Assembly (NCBI GenBank): GCA_963667035.1 | Contig: OY762964.1 | Coordinates: forward strand, 448,001 to 512,000 | Reading direction: 5' to 3' | Length of the DNA: 64,000 bases | Source of the DNA: Candidatus Cloacimonadales bacterium | Lineage (GTDB): Bacteria > Cloacimonadota > Cloacimonadia > Cloacimonadales > JAFGVF01 | Shown: positions 44,034 to 54,436 of the stretch, one piece after another | Position numbering within the stretch: the first letter of the stretch is position 1 | How the letters are laid out: every line of letters begins with the position of its first letter | Translations under genes and position numbers: made by a program | Notes under the pieces: generated by a model | Seen by the model: the letters and a program-made list of their open reading frames with translations, nothing else | The model's database searches: none | What the model was told of the DNA's origin: nothing

Positions 44034-44948
44034 TTACATTTCTTTCTTAAGATAATCAGCTACTTGAAGAGCGGCTTGAGTATGACCATAGTGATTCCAG
44101 TGTTTATCATGTGAGAACTGCCATTCTTTGAGGTTGTTACATCTTAATTTAAGGCTTTTGAAATTAAACTCATTTGCTAAACTTTCATATCTACTATCTG
44201 TGTCCGGATGAAACACAAGAATTATTCTATCTAAATCAAAGTTTAGCTCAATATATTTCATCATTGAATATAGGTCTTCTTTATATTTTGAGAATTCATC
44301 TATCGGTTCGTTAGTATTATTTTCATTAGTTATGGGTCTATGTTTCCAGAATCTTAGATAACTGTAGTAAAGGAGTTTACTTGAATAAAGAATCTTTTTT
44401 AGTTGCGGAGATTTCAATTTAACTTCTGCAAGATCATTCGCTTTAGGATTATATTGTAATACATCTTTTTTTCTTCTAATTGTAGTTAAGCTTTCACTAA
44501 AATCTTTCTCTTCAACATATATTAGATGCTTATCGAATTTACATATCTCATTATCAATTTTTTCCGCTATTGCAAATGCTTCAATGAATGAGGCTCCAGA
44601 TCTACCTGCCTCAAAAAAACTTATCCACGAAAGCTCATTATCTAATATATATCCCTGATGAAATCTAATGGGATTCATTAAATTCTCAATGTAGGAATCA
44701 CCAATAATGGATACTTTTGTTTCTTTACTTAAATCAGATACTCCAGTCCATCCATATTTATTAACAACCCACTTTTCCTTTGCATTTTTAAAGTAGCCTG
44801 CTTGATTCGGGATATAGTCTTGAATGCCAGATGAATCTATTCTTCTCCTAGGAACATCCGAAGTAAGCCTGAAAACTCTTATGATAATCTCCGTAATTAA
44901 ACAAAATAGTAATGAAAAAAGTAAAAGTGTTCTTATAAATTTTATCAT
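44034..44948 (-). CDS. SGNH-like (AlgJ/AlgX-type) O-acetyltransferase partner
   Basis: N-terminal TM; IIGDSY; DKHWNHYGH; directly downstream of the MBOAT gene. Start taken at ATG 44948. Confidence 0.6.
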   Translation of the reverse strand: MIKFIRTLLLFSLLFCLITEIIIRVFRLTSDVPRRRIDSSGIQDYIPNQAGYFKNAKEKWVVNKYGWTGVSDLSKETKVSIIGDSYIENLMNPIRFHQGYILDNELSWISFFEAGRSGASFIEAFAIAEKIDNEICKFDKHLIYVEEKDFSESLTTIRRKKDVLQYNPKANDLAEVKLKSPQLKKILYSSKLLYYSYLRFWKHRPITNENNTNEPIDEFSKYKEDLYSMMKYIELNFDLDRIILVFHPDTDSRYESLANEFNFKSLKLRCNNLKEWQFSHDKHWNHYGHTQAALQVADYLKKEM

Positions 44949-44956
44949 AATCAACC

Positions 44957-46396
44957 TTAAAATTGGAAATAAATGAATGCCTGTTCTTGACCGGTAAAAG
45001 CAAAGATTGCAAAAATAATGATGTAACTTACAATCCATCTTAAACTGTAATGAATTTTAGAAACACCTTCAATAGCAAACTCCTTCTCTCTTCCAATCCA
45101 TTCAATCAATGTAAAACAAACAAGAACAATTAATAATGGGTGAGAGTGCTCAGGAATAGTTGGTATACTTACAATCGAGGATGAAAATATTCTTGATAAG
45201 TATCCTAGGGCTATAGAAATACTTTCAGCTCTAAAAAAAATCCATGCAATAGTCACTAACATGAATGTGTTTAGAATCTGAAAGAATTCACGTATATCAG
45301 GCAGTATTTTGTTTTTAGCAACGACTTCGATGTACTTCCGATTATAACCAATCAACATTGATGGTAAAAAGTAGATAGCATGTAACAATCCCCATACTAT
45401 AAATGTCCAGTTAGCTCCATGCCAAAATCCACTAACAAGAAAAATAATGATTGTATTCCTAATCTTAGTAACCATTCTCCCTCTACTTCCTCCGAGGGGG
45501 ATATATAGATAATCTCTGAACCATGTAGAAAGTGAGATGTGCCATCTCCTCCAAAACTCTGCAATGTTCCTTGAAAAATATGGTGTGTTGAAGTTCCTCA
45601 TCAACTTAAATCCAAGTAATTTTGAGGAGCCTATGGCAATATCGGAATATCCTGAGAAATCACCGTAAATCTGAAAAGAAAAGAGAATAGCTCCTATCAG
45701 TAAGGTTGAACCTGATAGTGTTTGATATCGGGAGAAGATTTGATTTACTATTTCTGCACAATTATCTGCAATAACAACTTTTTTAAACAGTCCCCAAAGA
45801 ATTTGCCTTACACCATTTAACGAATTCTGATAGTCAAATACTCTTTTCTTACAAAATTGTGAAAGTAGGTTTGAAGCCCTTTCTATTGGACCTGCAACTA
45901 ACTGAGGAAAGAAACTAACAAAAGATAGGAATTCTATTAAGTTCTTATGAGGTTCTATACGCTTTCTAAATACATCTATCGAGTAGCTTAGAGTTTGAAA
46001 TGTGTAGAAGCTTATTCCAACAGGAAGTATTACATTGATTCTTTTTGAGGAGATTTCTTTCCCTAAAATCGAAAAAACACCATCGAAAGAATCAATAAAG
46101 AAATTGTAGTACTTGAAAACCATTAACAAACCGATATTAACAAAAATGCTAATAAATAAGTAAAACTTTCTTTTTCTCATATCGCTTTCTTGACCAAGTA
46201 GAAGTCCAATTGAATAATCAACAACTGAACTAAAAGCAATTAATGAAAGAAATCTATAGTCCCACCATCCATAAAATATGTAGCTAACAATCAAAAGCCA
46301 TATATTCTATAATTTATAGCTTTTCATTCCAAGAATCCAATAGATAGCGAACACTATAGGAAAGAAAATAGCATATTCCAAAGAGTTAAAAAACAA
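44957..46396 (-). pseudogene. AlgI-type MBOAT O-acyltransferase with an in-frame TAG at codon 30 (46307-46309)
   Basis: TTG start after GGAGG: MFFNSLEYAIFFPIVFAIYWILGMKSYKL*NIWLLIVSY...; body has LPVGISFYTFQ, YGDFSGYSD, FWRRWHISLSTWFRDY, GFWHGA. Confidence 0.75.
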
Positions 46397-46415
46397 TCAT
46401 CCCTCCAGTGTTAAC

Positions 46416-49115
46416 TCAATTCCTTAAGTAAACATCCACAATTTTATACATCTCTTTAGTGATAATCGGTTTTGTTAGGTATGCCGCAAAGTTTACGTTT
46501 TCAACAAACTCTCTATCCTCTTCGAGTGTATAGGCTGACTGAGCAATAATCTTTAACTCGGGTTTTACTTTATGCATTTCTTCAGCTGTTTCAGCTCCCG
46601 ATAGAACAGGCATTTGCAAATCCAAAAGAACAAGATCAATAAGAGATGAATTCTTTAATATTTCAATTGCTTCCATACCTGAATTCGCAGTAACAACAGA
46701 AGCTCCGTTTTTCTCCAGGAGTTTCTTTAGAAGGGTAGTAGTTGAACGGGTATCATCCACTACCATTATGGTTTTACCGTTCCAGTTAAATTCTCTTCCT
46801 GAGTTTGATTTAGTTTTGATACTATCTTTATTTTTATCTGTAATCTTCTTTTTTAAAGAAAAATAGAATGTAGACCCATTGTTGACTTCCGATTCCAGCC
46901 AAATTCTCCCCCCGAGAAGGTTAAGAATACTCTTTGTTAGGTAGAGACCTATTCCAAGACCGCTATATACTTTAGTGAGTGACATCTCGAGCTGGAAGAA
47001 CTTCTCAAAGATAGCTTTATGCATTGAACCGGGAATACCTATACCGGTATCTTTTACATAGAAGATAATTTCTGAATCATTCTCATCGAAATATCCGAAT
47101 TCTACTTCTCCGGTAGGAGTGAACTTTATAGCATTGGATGTTAAATATTGGAATATCTGAGTGATTCTTATTGAATCCGTGTATAAGGTTTTACTCTTCT
47201 CAGGATGCTTTCTAACATGAGATTTGATGTACGTTTTATCTAAATCGTTAGCGAGATTGTGGACACATTTATCCAAACTCTCAAGTATTTGGTTTACATT
47301 AACATCAGTTAGGTTTATATCGAATTGATTTGTTTCTATTCTGGAAATATCCATGATATCGCTAATCATCTGCAAGAGTTTCTGTGATGATTGATTCATA
47401 ATATCAATGTAATCTTCTTTTTCCTCATTATCCAACTCTGATTGTCCAAGCAGATTGGCAGAACCAATGATAGCATTCAAAGGAGTTCGTATCTCATGTG
47501 ATATGTTATTAATGAAGGCAGCTTTTAAACGATCACTTTCTTTGGCTTTCTCCAATGCTTTCTTTAACTCAAGTTCAGAATTCTTTGTTTTCGTTACATC
47601 ATGAGTCATTATCAATATGTATTCAACTTTACCTTTCTCAATAATTGGTATTTTGTTAGTATTTAAGAATCTGTTATTGAGATTAAGCATCTTGATTTTC
47701 TCTTCGCCAATTCTATAAGGTTTAGCTGTATTAAAAACAATTTCATCTGTAGAATCAAATAATGCTGTAAAATCAGGAGGAAAAATATCTTTATTTGTTC
47801 TGCCTATTGCTTCTTCTTTGGTAATACCTGTCAACCTTTCAGCTTCACTATTCCAAATCTCATATTTACCTGTATCAACTCTCTTAACAAAAATGGATAC
47901 GGGAAGATTATCGATCATTGTCTGCAAGAAAAGCTGATTCTCTCTTAACACTTTCTCTCGGAATTTCCTCTCAGTTATATCATGTATAATCAATAGTAAG
48001 TGTTTAGGTGAACCATCAGGATTTTTAATAAGTATTGACTTTGCTAACATATCTTGCCAGTAACCTTTCTGATGCCTAACCCTATACTCATAGCTGATTG
48101 AATCTTGTTTTGTTAAATCGTCTCTAATAGCTAAATAATAATCAAGGTCTTCGGGATGCACAAGTTCAAGAGCAGACATTCTATAGAATTGTTCTCTAGA
48201 ATAACCTAATGACTTATAATAAGCGGAATTTGACAGGATGATATTGTTTGCCATATCCTTGAGTACTATGCGCATATTAAGAGCTTCCAGAAGAGTTCTA
48301 TATCTGTTTTCACTCAAAGCAAGTTTGTTTTCATGTTCCTTCTCTATTGTTAAATCTACACAGATACCTATAATGAATTCTATTTCGTTGTTTCTTGATA
48401 GATTGGGTACTTTAATGATTTTTACTGACTTCTTTTCATTTCTTCTATTCCAAAATTTTTCTTCAAGAACAACAGAATCTTTTGACTTCAGGACTTCCAA
48501 ATCACCATCAATGTATGATTTGGCATCTTCGTCATTATAGATTTCAAAGTCTGTTTTACCGATAGCTTCTTCTCTTGGGATACCTGTCAATTCTGCCATT
48601 GCATGATTCCATGTGATATATCGGTGCTCTTTAGGATCTTTTGAGAAAACAGCAACAGGCAGAGAGTTAATAAGATTCTCAAGATACAATTTATAAAAGA
48701 AATCCTGATTACCTTCATAGTCACTGTTAAAATCAACTTCAATAGTATGTATTGCTTTCCCGCAAAAAATTACATTATCAATATCGGAATTGACTAGCTC
48801 TATCTTTGTCATGAATGATAGCCATTTCCCATCCGAGTTCTTTACTCTGAATTGTATGAAGGAGTTGTGACTTTGAAGGCGAGTAACTTCCCTGGAAGCT
48901 AATAATACATCATTCTCATAAATCACATCAACTTTATTGGGAAAATCAGGCTTGGAACACCCGTCATCAGAGATGATTACTCCTTTATAGCCTAACAAAT
49001 CTTGTAAATCGTTATTGAAATAAATTGTGCTATTGTTTCTGGTATAATACCAGACAAAATCCTTGCTCTGCAAAAAGCTATTTACTTCTTGTGGAAATGT
49101 ATTGTAGGTAGTCAT
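46416..49115 (-). CDS. Cytoplasmic multi-PAS hybrid histidine kinase with receiver domain
   Basis: Several PAS repeats; SHEIRTPLN; NAIKFT; DTGIG; GLGIGL; VVDD...LLDLQMP...KP. Confidence 0.92.
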   Translation of the reverse strand: MTTYNTFPQEVNSFLQSKDFVWYYTRNNSTIYFNNDLQDLLGYKGVIISDDGCSKPDFPNKVDVIYENDVLLASREVTRLQSHNSFIQFRVKNSDGKWLSFMTKIELVNSDIDNVIFCGKAIHTIEVDFNSDYEGNQDFFYKLYLENLINSLPVAVFSKDPKEHRYITWNHAMAELTGIPREEAIGKTDFEIYNDEDAKSYIDGDLEVLKSKDSVVLEEKFWNRRNEKKSVKIIKVPNLSRNNEIEFIIGICVDLTIEKEHENKLALSENRYRTLLEALNMRIVLKDMANNIILSNSAYYKSLGYSREQFYRMSALELVHPEDLDYYLAIRDDLTKQDSISYEYRVRHQKGYWQDMLAKSILIKNPDGSPKHLLLIIHDITERKFREKVLRENQLFLQTMIDNLPVSIFVKRVDTGKYEIWNSEAERLTGITKEEAIGRTNKDIFPPDFTALFDSTDEIVFNTAKPYRIGEEKIKMLNLNNRFLNTNKIPIIEKGKVEYILIMTHDVTKTKNSELELKKALEKAKESDRLKAAFINNISHEIRTPLNAIIGSANLLGQSELDNEEKEDYIDIMNQSSQKLLQMISDIMDISRIETNQFDINLTDVNVNQILESLDKCVHNLANDLDKTYIKSHVRKHPEKSKTLYTDSIRITQIFQYLTSNAIKFTPTGEVEFGYFDENDSEIIFYVKDTGIGIPGSMHKAIFEKFFQLEMSLTKVYSGLGIGLYLTKSILNLLGGRIWLESEVNNGSTFYFSLKKKITDKNKDSIKTKSNSGREFNWNGKTIMVVDDTRSTTTLLKKLLEKNGASVVTANSGMEAIEILKNSSLIDLVLLDLQMPVLSGAETAEEMHKVKPELKIIAQSAYTLEEDREFVENVNFAAYLTKPIITKEMYKIVDVYLRN

Positions 49116-49154
49116 GAAAAGTCCTAAAGAGATTTACTAATAGAGTAGGGAAAG

Positions 49155-49180
49155 AGGAGCTTGTTTACTAACAAGCTCCT
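49155..49180 (-). terminator. Hairpin after iorB
   Basis: AGGAGCTTGTT-TACT-AACAAGCTCCT. Confidence 0.7.
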
Positions 49181-49187
49181 GATATAT

Positions 49188-49763
49188 TTATTTAGATGCA
49201 GCCTCACTTCCGGCTTTGAGAGCATTAAGGTTTAATTCTACAACCTTATCTCCTTTTGAACCGAAAATATCTTTAATCGCTGTAATGAGTTGTTCCATTG
49301 AGAAACAAGTCTTATCAGCAGCAGCTCCAACCATCACGATATTAGAGGCTAAAACATTACCAAGCTCTTTGGCAATATCTTCTGCGTCTATGAGAATGTG
49401 ATTCTTAACTTTTTTCACATCATTGTAGATAGTTTCTATCTCAGGATAGTTAGGGATGTTAACAAAAGGTTTTGAGTTTGTTATCAACCAACCGTCTTTT
49501 GATAATAAAGGAAGATATCTAAGTCCTTCCATAGGCTCAACAGATAAGATTATATCTGCTTCACCGTCAGGAATCAAGTCAGAATAGATTTCTTTATCAG
49601 AAATACGAAGATGTGACTGTACGTCTCCGCCACGTTGACTCATTCCGTGAACTTCCGCTTGTTTAAGGAAGAGGTTCTCTTTGATAGCAACTTGTCCGAA
49701 TACTTTTGCGATGGTAAGAATACCTTGTCCGCCAACACCGGCTAAAATAATATCTAATTTCAT
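49188..49763 (-). CDS. iorB: Indolepyruvate:ferredoxin oxidoreductase beta subunit
   Basis: GVGGQG, EVHGMSQRGG. Confidence 0.92.
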   Translation of the reverse strand: MKLDIILAGVGGQGILTIAKVFGQVAIKENLFLKQAEVHGMSQRGGDVQSHLRISDKEIYSDLIPDGEADIILSVEPMEGLRYLPLLSKDGWLITNSKPFVNIPNYPEIETIYNDVKKVKNHILIDAEDIAKELGNVLASNIVMVGAAADKTCFSMEQLITAIKDIFGSKGDKVVELNLNALKAGSEAASK

Positions 49764-49780
49764 TTATCTTACCTCCGTCT

Positions 49781-51391
49781 TTATTTCTTTTGAGCTTTCT
49801 TCTGAGCTCTCATTCTACGTGTCATTGTTTGGATGCATTCACGACGAGGGATAATCACGGATACACCTTCGTATGCAAATTCTTCTTTATAAACCTGTAT
49901 CATTTCTTCATGATGTCTCTTGAGAGGAGTTACGACTCTGATGTGGTCTTTCTCAACACCTAAACCGATACAGATATCTTCAAGTTTCTTCTCTGCTGTG
50001 TATGATTGACCACCGGTCATACCTGTTGTAGCGTTATCAAGAATAACAATAACTACGTTGGATTTATCATAGATACAATCAAGCAAACCTGTCATACCGC
50101 TATGTGAAAATGTTGAGTCACCTATAACAGCAACTGCAGGGAACAGACCTGCATCAGCAGCACCTTTAGCCATAGTGATTGATGCACCCATATCAAGACA
50201 TGTGTTAATTGAGTTATAAGGAGGCATAAATCCGAGAGTATAGCAACCTATATCTGAGAACACATGTCCGTCGCCATGCTCTTTTAAAGCTTCATTAAGA
50301 GTTGTGAATGAATCAATGTGAGGACAACCAACGCATAATGCAGGTGGTCTTCCTACGATGTCTTCTGGAATATCAAGTATTTCTTCTTTACCGAAACCAA
50401 GAGCTACGGCAACTTTATTAGGATCCATTTCTCCATCGCGAGAGAAAGTACCGTCAAGACGACCTTTAATTTTGTCGTTTCCTGAGATATAACCTTTAAG
50501 CATCTCTTCAACAACAGGCATACCGTCTTCTACAACGAGTATTTTGTCACATTCGTTATACATTCTTTCAACAAGCTTTCTGGGTAATGGATAATGACTG
50601 ATTTTTAAAATAGGGAAATTACATTCTCTGTTTACAAAGTTCTCCATTACATAGTTATAACCTAAACCACAAGCGATAATACCGAGTGATTTATCGGAAC
50701 CGTCTTTGTAGCTGTTGAATTGTGATTCTTCGGCAGCGGCTACAAGTTCTGATTGCAGGTTAAGAAGGTTCTTATATTTTCTACGTGAGAAAGCAGGTAA
50801 TAGCATGAATTGATTCTTGTCTTCAGGAAGTTGAAGTTTGTTCTCAGCAAGTCTTTCTCTTCTGATAACGCCTGCTCTGGAATGAGAAAGACGAGTTTCA
50901 AGTCTAATCATCACAGGAAGTTTGAATCTTTCAGATAACTCGAAAGCAAGGAAAGCCATATCATAGCATTCTTGCTGATTTGATGGCTCAAGACATGGAA
51001 TCATAGCGAATTTAGCGTAAAAACGTGAGTCTTGTTCGTTCTGTGAAGAGTGCATAGAAGGATCATCTGCAACTGCAACTATTAAACCACCGTTAGCTCC
51101 AACAAAGGCTGAATTCATAAATGGGTCTGCAGCTACATTCAATCCAACGTGCTTCATACATGTCATTGTACGCTTTCCGGCATAAGACATTCCAACAGCT
51201 TCTTCAACAGCTGTTTTTTCGTTTGAAGCCCAAGTTCTGTGAACATTACGCTCTGCTGCTTCTTTGTTATGTTGGATGTACTCCATTATTTCAGTGGATG
51301 GTGTTCCGGGATAGGCAAAACAACCTGACATTCCGGCGTCTAATGCACCTTGTGCCAATGCCTCATCTCCGAGTAACATCAATTTCTGCAT
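49781..51391 (-). CDS. iorA: Indolepyruvate:ferredoxin oxidoreductase alpha subunit
   Basis: YPGTPSTE, MKHVGLNVAAD, SSQNEQD, LCVGCPH, DIGCY, GDSTF..SG, LDN.TT.MTGGQ. Confidence 0.93.
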   Translation of the reverse strand: MQKLMLLGDEALAQGALDAGMSGCFAYPGTPSTEIMEYIQHNKEAAERNVHRTWASNEKTAVEEAVGMSYAGKRTMTCMKHVGLNVAADPFMNSAFVGANGGLIVAVADDPSMHSSQNEQDSRFYAKFAMIPCLEPSNQQECYDMAFLAFELSERFKLPVMIRLETRLSHSRAGVIRRERLAENKLQLPEDKNQFMLLPAFSRRKYKNLLNLQSELVAAAEESQFNSYKDGSDKSLGIIACGLGYNYVMENFVNRECNFPILKISHYPLPRKLVERMYNECDKILVVEDGMPVVEEMLKGYISGNDKIKGRLDGTFSRDGEMDPNKVAVALGFGKEEILDIPEDIVGRPPALCVGCPHIDSFTTLNEALKEHGDGHVFSDIGCYTLGFMPPYNSINTCLDMGASITMAKGAADAGLFPAVAVIGDSTFSHSGMTGLLDCIYDKSNVVIVILDNATTGMTGGQSYTAEKKLEDICIGLGVEKDHIRVVTPLKRHHEEMIQVYKEEFAYEGVSVIIPRRECIQTMTRRMRAQKKAQKK

Positions 51392-51686
51392 AGTATACTC
51401 CTTACTTATTTTATTGTAATTTATTCAAATAATCCACACTTGCTATTTTCAAGCAAGCATTTTTTGCATTGTTTAAATACTCTGTGTTATATAGTAAGTT
51501 ATAAGAACGAGTTGAAGTTACAGCTTTTTTTAATACTCCCTTTGTAACTATTAGACAAGCATGCTTTTTATAAGTGTAGTGGGAAGATAACACTTTATTA
51601 TTGATTTGCAATGTAACTTAATAGGTGTTACTTCTTTTGTATATGGCATGTAAAGACATGTTGGGAATTTGTCTACTTTATTCTTT

Positions 51687-51800
51687 ACCGGATATGCGGA
51701 CATCACTTACCTGTCATTACGAAACCTATGGTAAAGTCCGGTTCGTATGTGTTGCAGGCAAGATGTCTACGAACAAAGAATGTCAGGACGTGCCTACCCT
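51687..51800. repeat. Three-hairpin REP-like element, degenerate copy 3 with expanded first hairpin
   Basis: ACCGGATATGCGGACATC...insert...GTCCG; GCAGGCAAGATGTCTACGAACAAAGAA; AGGACGTGCCTACCCT. Confidence 0.75.
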
Positions 51801-51816
51801 TCAATAATTATATTAT

Positions 51817-54243
51817 TTACTTCACTACCATCATCTTTCCAATGGCTTCACTACCTTCACAGCTGACTTTATAGAAGTATATCCCCGATGCTACAGATTT
51901 ACGATTATTATCCTTGCAATCCCATACTTGTGAGTAATACTCACCGGACTGCTTATCCTCGGATGATAAACCTGCACTTCTTACTAACTGTGAGAAACTC
52001 TGAGTTATCTTAATATCTCTAACCTTCTGACCTTTGATATTGTAAATCTCTAAGGTTGGTCTCTCTATAGGTTTCTTTGGTAATGTAAACTCAATGAATG
52101 CTACTTTCCCATTATTACCGTTAGGTGTTACCGGATTAGGAAAATGAGATACTTTTATTGCAGAAGGAGGGGTGGGGGCTGTTTCATTGTAAATATCTAC
52201 AGTAGGATTATATTCATGTGCTCCCATATCTATTATATTACCCCATACTCTCGGATTACCCGTTATATCCAATGCCGGTAAGTTCATACCTAGTGTATCA
52301 GGTGTTCCTGCATTCACACATGGAGAATTCTCTGTTAGTTGTACCCATCTTGTATCACCAACAGGTATATCACCTTCTACATCTCCACGAAACATCGGAT
52401 TTGCATCAATATTATTTACTCCCCACAATACATTATTGTTGGGATTATCAGCTCCCGGTACTCCTGAAATTCCGTTTCTTACAAGACTGTAATCTATATC
52501 AATATTCGACCATAATGGATTAGTATCTCCTTCTGCTGGAACCCATACACCCATTTCATAAGCTCCGTCAGGATTATAAATAATGCTGTTTCTGATAGTA
52601 TAATCCCCTCCAAATCTAGTCATTGCTATTGGACCTGTATTATGAGCAATTGTCATATTATTAACAAAACACTCATTATGATAAGATGATAACAGAACCA
52701 TTGGCATCCAACTGGTAAAAGATGAAGAGTTGTTATATACAAGTAGATTATTGAGCTCTATATTTCCAACAGTTTCGCTATAACTTGGATTACTATACTG
52801 AAAAATTGTTCCAACTCGATCAACGGTAGTATTTGAGATTACTATATTTGTTGCAGTAACATCACTTCTATCTAACATAACTAATAATGATGTGTTTTCA
52901 TCGTTAACGGTATAAATGTCATTAACCAGAAAATTGTTTATCACTAAATTGTCACACTCATAGAGCATTATACAATTAACACTTTCTTCATAGTTTACAA
53001 TATCCTTAGCGATAATGTTTTCTATTATACTATTATCACAAAATAGGAGACTTAATCCGCATTTTTCATTATAATTATCTGAAAAAATAATGTCATGAAT
53101 ATATAGATTGTTACACCAATTTATTCCCAAGGAGGGCGGGGCGTCAGATTCAACAAATGAAGACTTAAATCGTCCAATCTCAATGTGCTCAGCAGTCTTT
53201 ATATAAATACAGTTTGAATCATATACATCTCCAATAACTACATCTTCATTAGTATTGCCAGCCCCAAGTAACTTAGTGTGTGATTGCATTGATATAGGAA
53301 AGAATTGATTATTGTATACGTTATATGTACCGGGAAGTAGATGGATGGTATTAGGATTCAAACTATTCGGTTGAACAATCCTATTTGCATAAGCAATTGT
53401 TTGTAAAGCAGTTTCGGGAGTAAGACCATCATTGTTATCATTACCAAGAGGAGAGACATATAAATCAGAGTCAATCTGTATGATATATGGATTTAACACT
53501 GATACGTGAGGTGGCGGTGTTTCATTGCTAACAAATGAAATGAAATATCCGTCTGGTTCATCTATAATAATGCTGAGAGTATCAAGAATAATATCAGTAC
53601 TTATAGAAAACTGTAGATAAATATCCTGCACAGCACTATAATTATTGTAAATACTATTTAAGTTGATGGAATCAAAGTATACAGTTCCTTCATGTACTCC
53701 AAGACCACCGCCCCAACCTTTAGCTATGTTGTTTCTTATAATATTGCCAGATAAAGAGATATAGCTATTCTCATACACTCCTATACCCCCAGAATGACTA
53801 GAAGTACTATTCTGAATAATGGAATTATTTAATTCTAGCTGACTGTTATCGTGAACAAGAATGGCTCCACCATAATCATAGTTTTCATTGTAATGATACC
53901 CAATACCGTTTTCCATTAGAAATCCATTAATAATTACATTTGAATTTGTTTCTATCCTAATGCAATTTGACAGAAAGTTAGCATCAATTATTGTGTTTAG
54001 GACATCGTCCCAGTTATTAGTTATCTCATATTGACTTTGTAGTGTTACCGTCTTCTCAAGAATGTCAATATGTTCAAAATATCTACCGGGATAAACATGA
54101 ATGATATCACCATTATTTGCATCATCAACTGCCGATTGGATAGAAGTATATGAATGAGTACCGTCCAGTGATACTTCTCTTAAAGTTGAGTTAAGAAAAC
54201 ATAACGAGACAATAAATACTGTAAGTAATAAAACTCTTCTCAT
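51817..54243 (-). CDS. Secreted beta-helix CTD protein, paralog C
   Basis: Same architecture as A/B; leader MRRVLLL shared with D. Confidence 0.85.
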   Translation of the reverse strand: MRRVLLLTVFIVSLCFLNSTLREVSLDGTHSYTSIQSAVDDANNGDIIHVYPGRYFEHIDILEKTVTLQSQYEITNNWDDVLNTIIDANFLSNCIRIETNSNVIINGFLMENGIGYHYNENYDYGGAILVHDNSQLELNNSIIQNSTSSHSGGIGVYENSYISLSGNIIRNNIAKGWGGGLGVHEGTVYFDSINLNSIYNNYSAVQDIYLQFSISTDIILDTLSIIIDEPDGYFISFVSNETPPPHVSVLNPYIIQIDSDLYVSPLGNDNNDGLTPETALQTIAYANRIVQPNSLNPNTIHLLPGTYNVYNNQFFPISMQSHTKLLGAGNTNEDVVIGDVYDSNCIYIKTAEHIEIGRFKSSFVESDAPPSLGINWCNNLYIHDIIFSDNYNEKCGLSLLFCDNSIIENIIAKDIVNYEESVNCIMLYECDNLVINNFLVNDIYTVNDENTSLLVMLDRSDVTATNIVISNTTVDRVGTIFQYSNPSYSETVGNIELNNLLVYNNSSSFTSWMPMVLLSSYHNECFVNNMTIAHNTGPIAMTRFGGDYTIRNSIIYNPDGAYEMGVWVPAEGDTNPLWSNIDIDYSLVRNGISGVPGADNPNNNVLWGVNNIDANPMFRGDVEGDIPVGDTRWVQLTENSPCVNAGTPDTLGMNLPALDITGNPRVWGNIIDMGAHEYNPTVDIYNETAPTPPSAIKVSHFPNPVTPNGNNGKVAFIEFTLPKKPIERPTLEIYNIKGQKVRDIKITQSFSQLVRSAGLSSEDKQSGEYYSQVWDCKDNNRKSVASGIYFYKVSCEGSEAIGKMMVVK

Positions 54244-54262
54244 AGTTCCTGCTTTTTATATA

Positions 54263-54345
54263 TACCGGGTACGCGGACATCCTTGTCCGCAATCTTTGCA
54301 GGCAAGATGCCTGCGAACAAAGAAGGGTAGGATATAGCTGCCCCC
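54263..54345. repeat. Three-hairpin REP-like element, copy 4
   Basis: GGGTACGCGGACATCCTTGTCCGC; GCAGGCAAGATGCCTGC; GGGTAGGATATAGCTGCCC. Confidence 0.85.
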
Positions 54346-54358
54346 AATATCTATAGTT

Positions 54359-54393
54359 TTATTTGAGTAGCATCATTTTCTTTGTCAAGATTT
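54359..54393 (-). pseudogene. Orphan CTD 3' end (ILTKKMMLLK*)
   Basis: Identical to 26276-26310. Confidence 0.75.
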
Positions 54394-54436
54394 CCTCTTC
54401 TATAAAAAATATTGTGTAAATTATAAACATTTGCGA

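Noticed and set aside
11018..46309. Stop-codon reassignment explaining the in-frame stops
   Set aside because: The lesions use TAA, TAG and TGA, and all three also end intact genes in this window.
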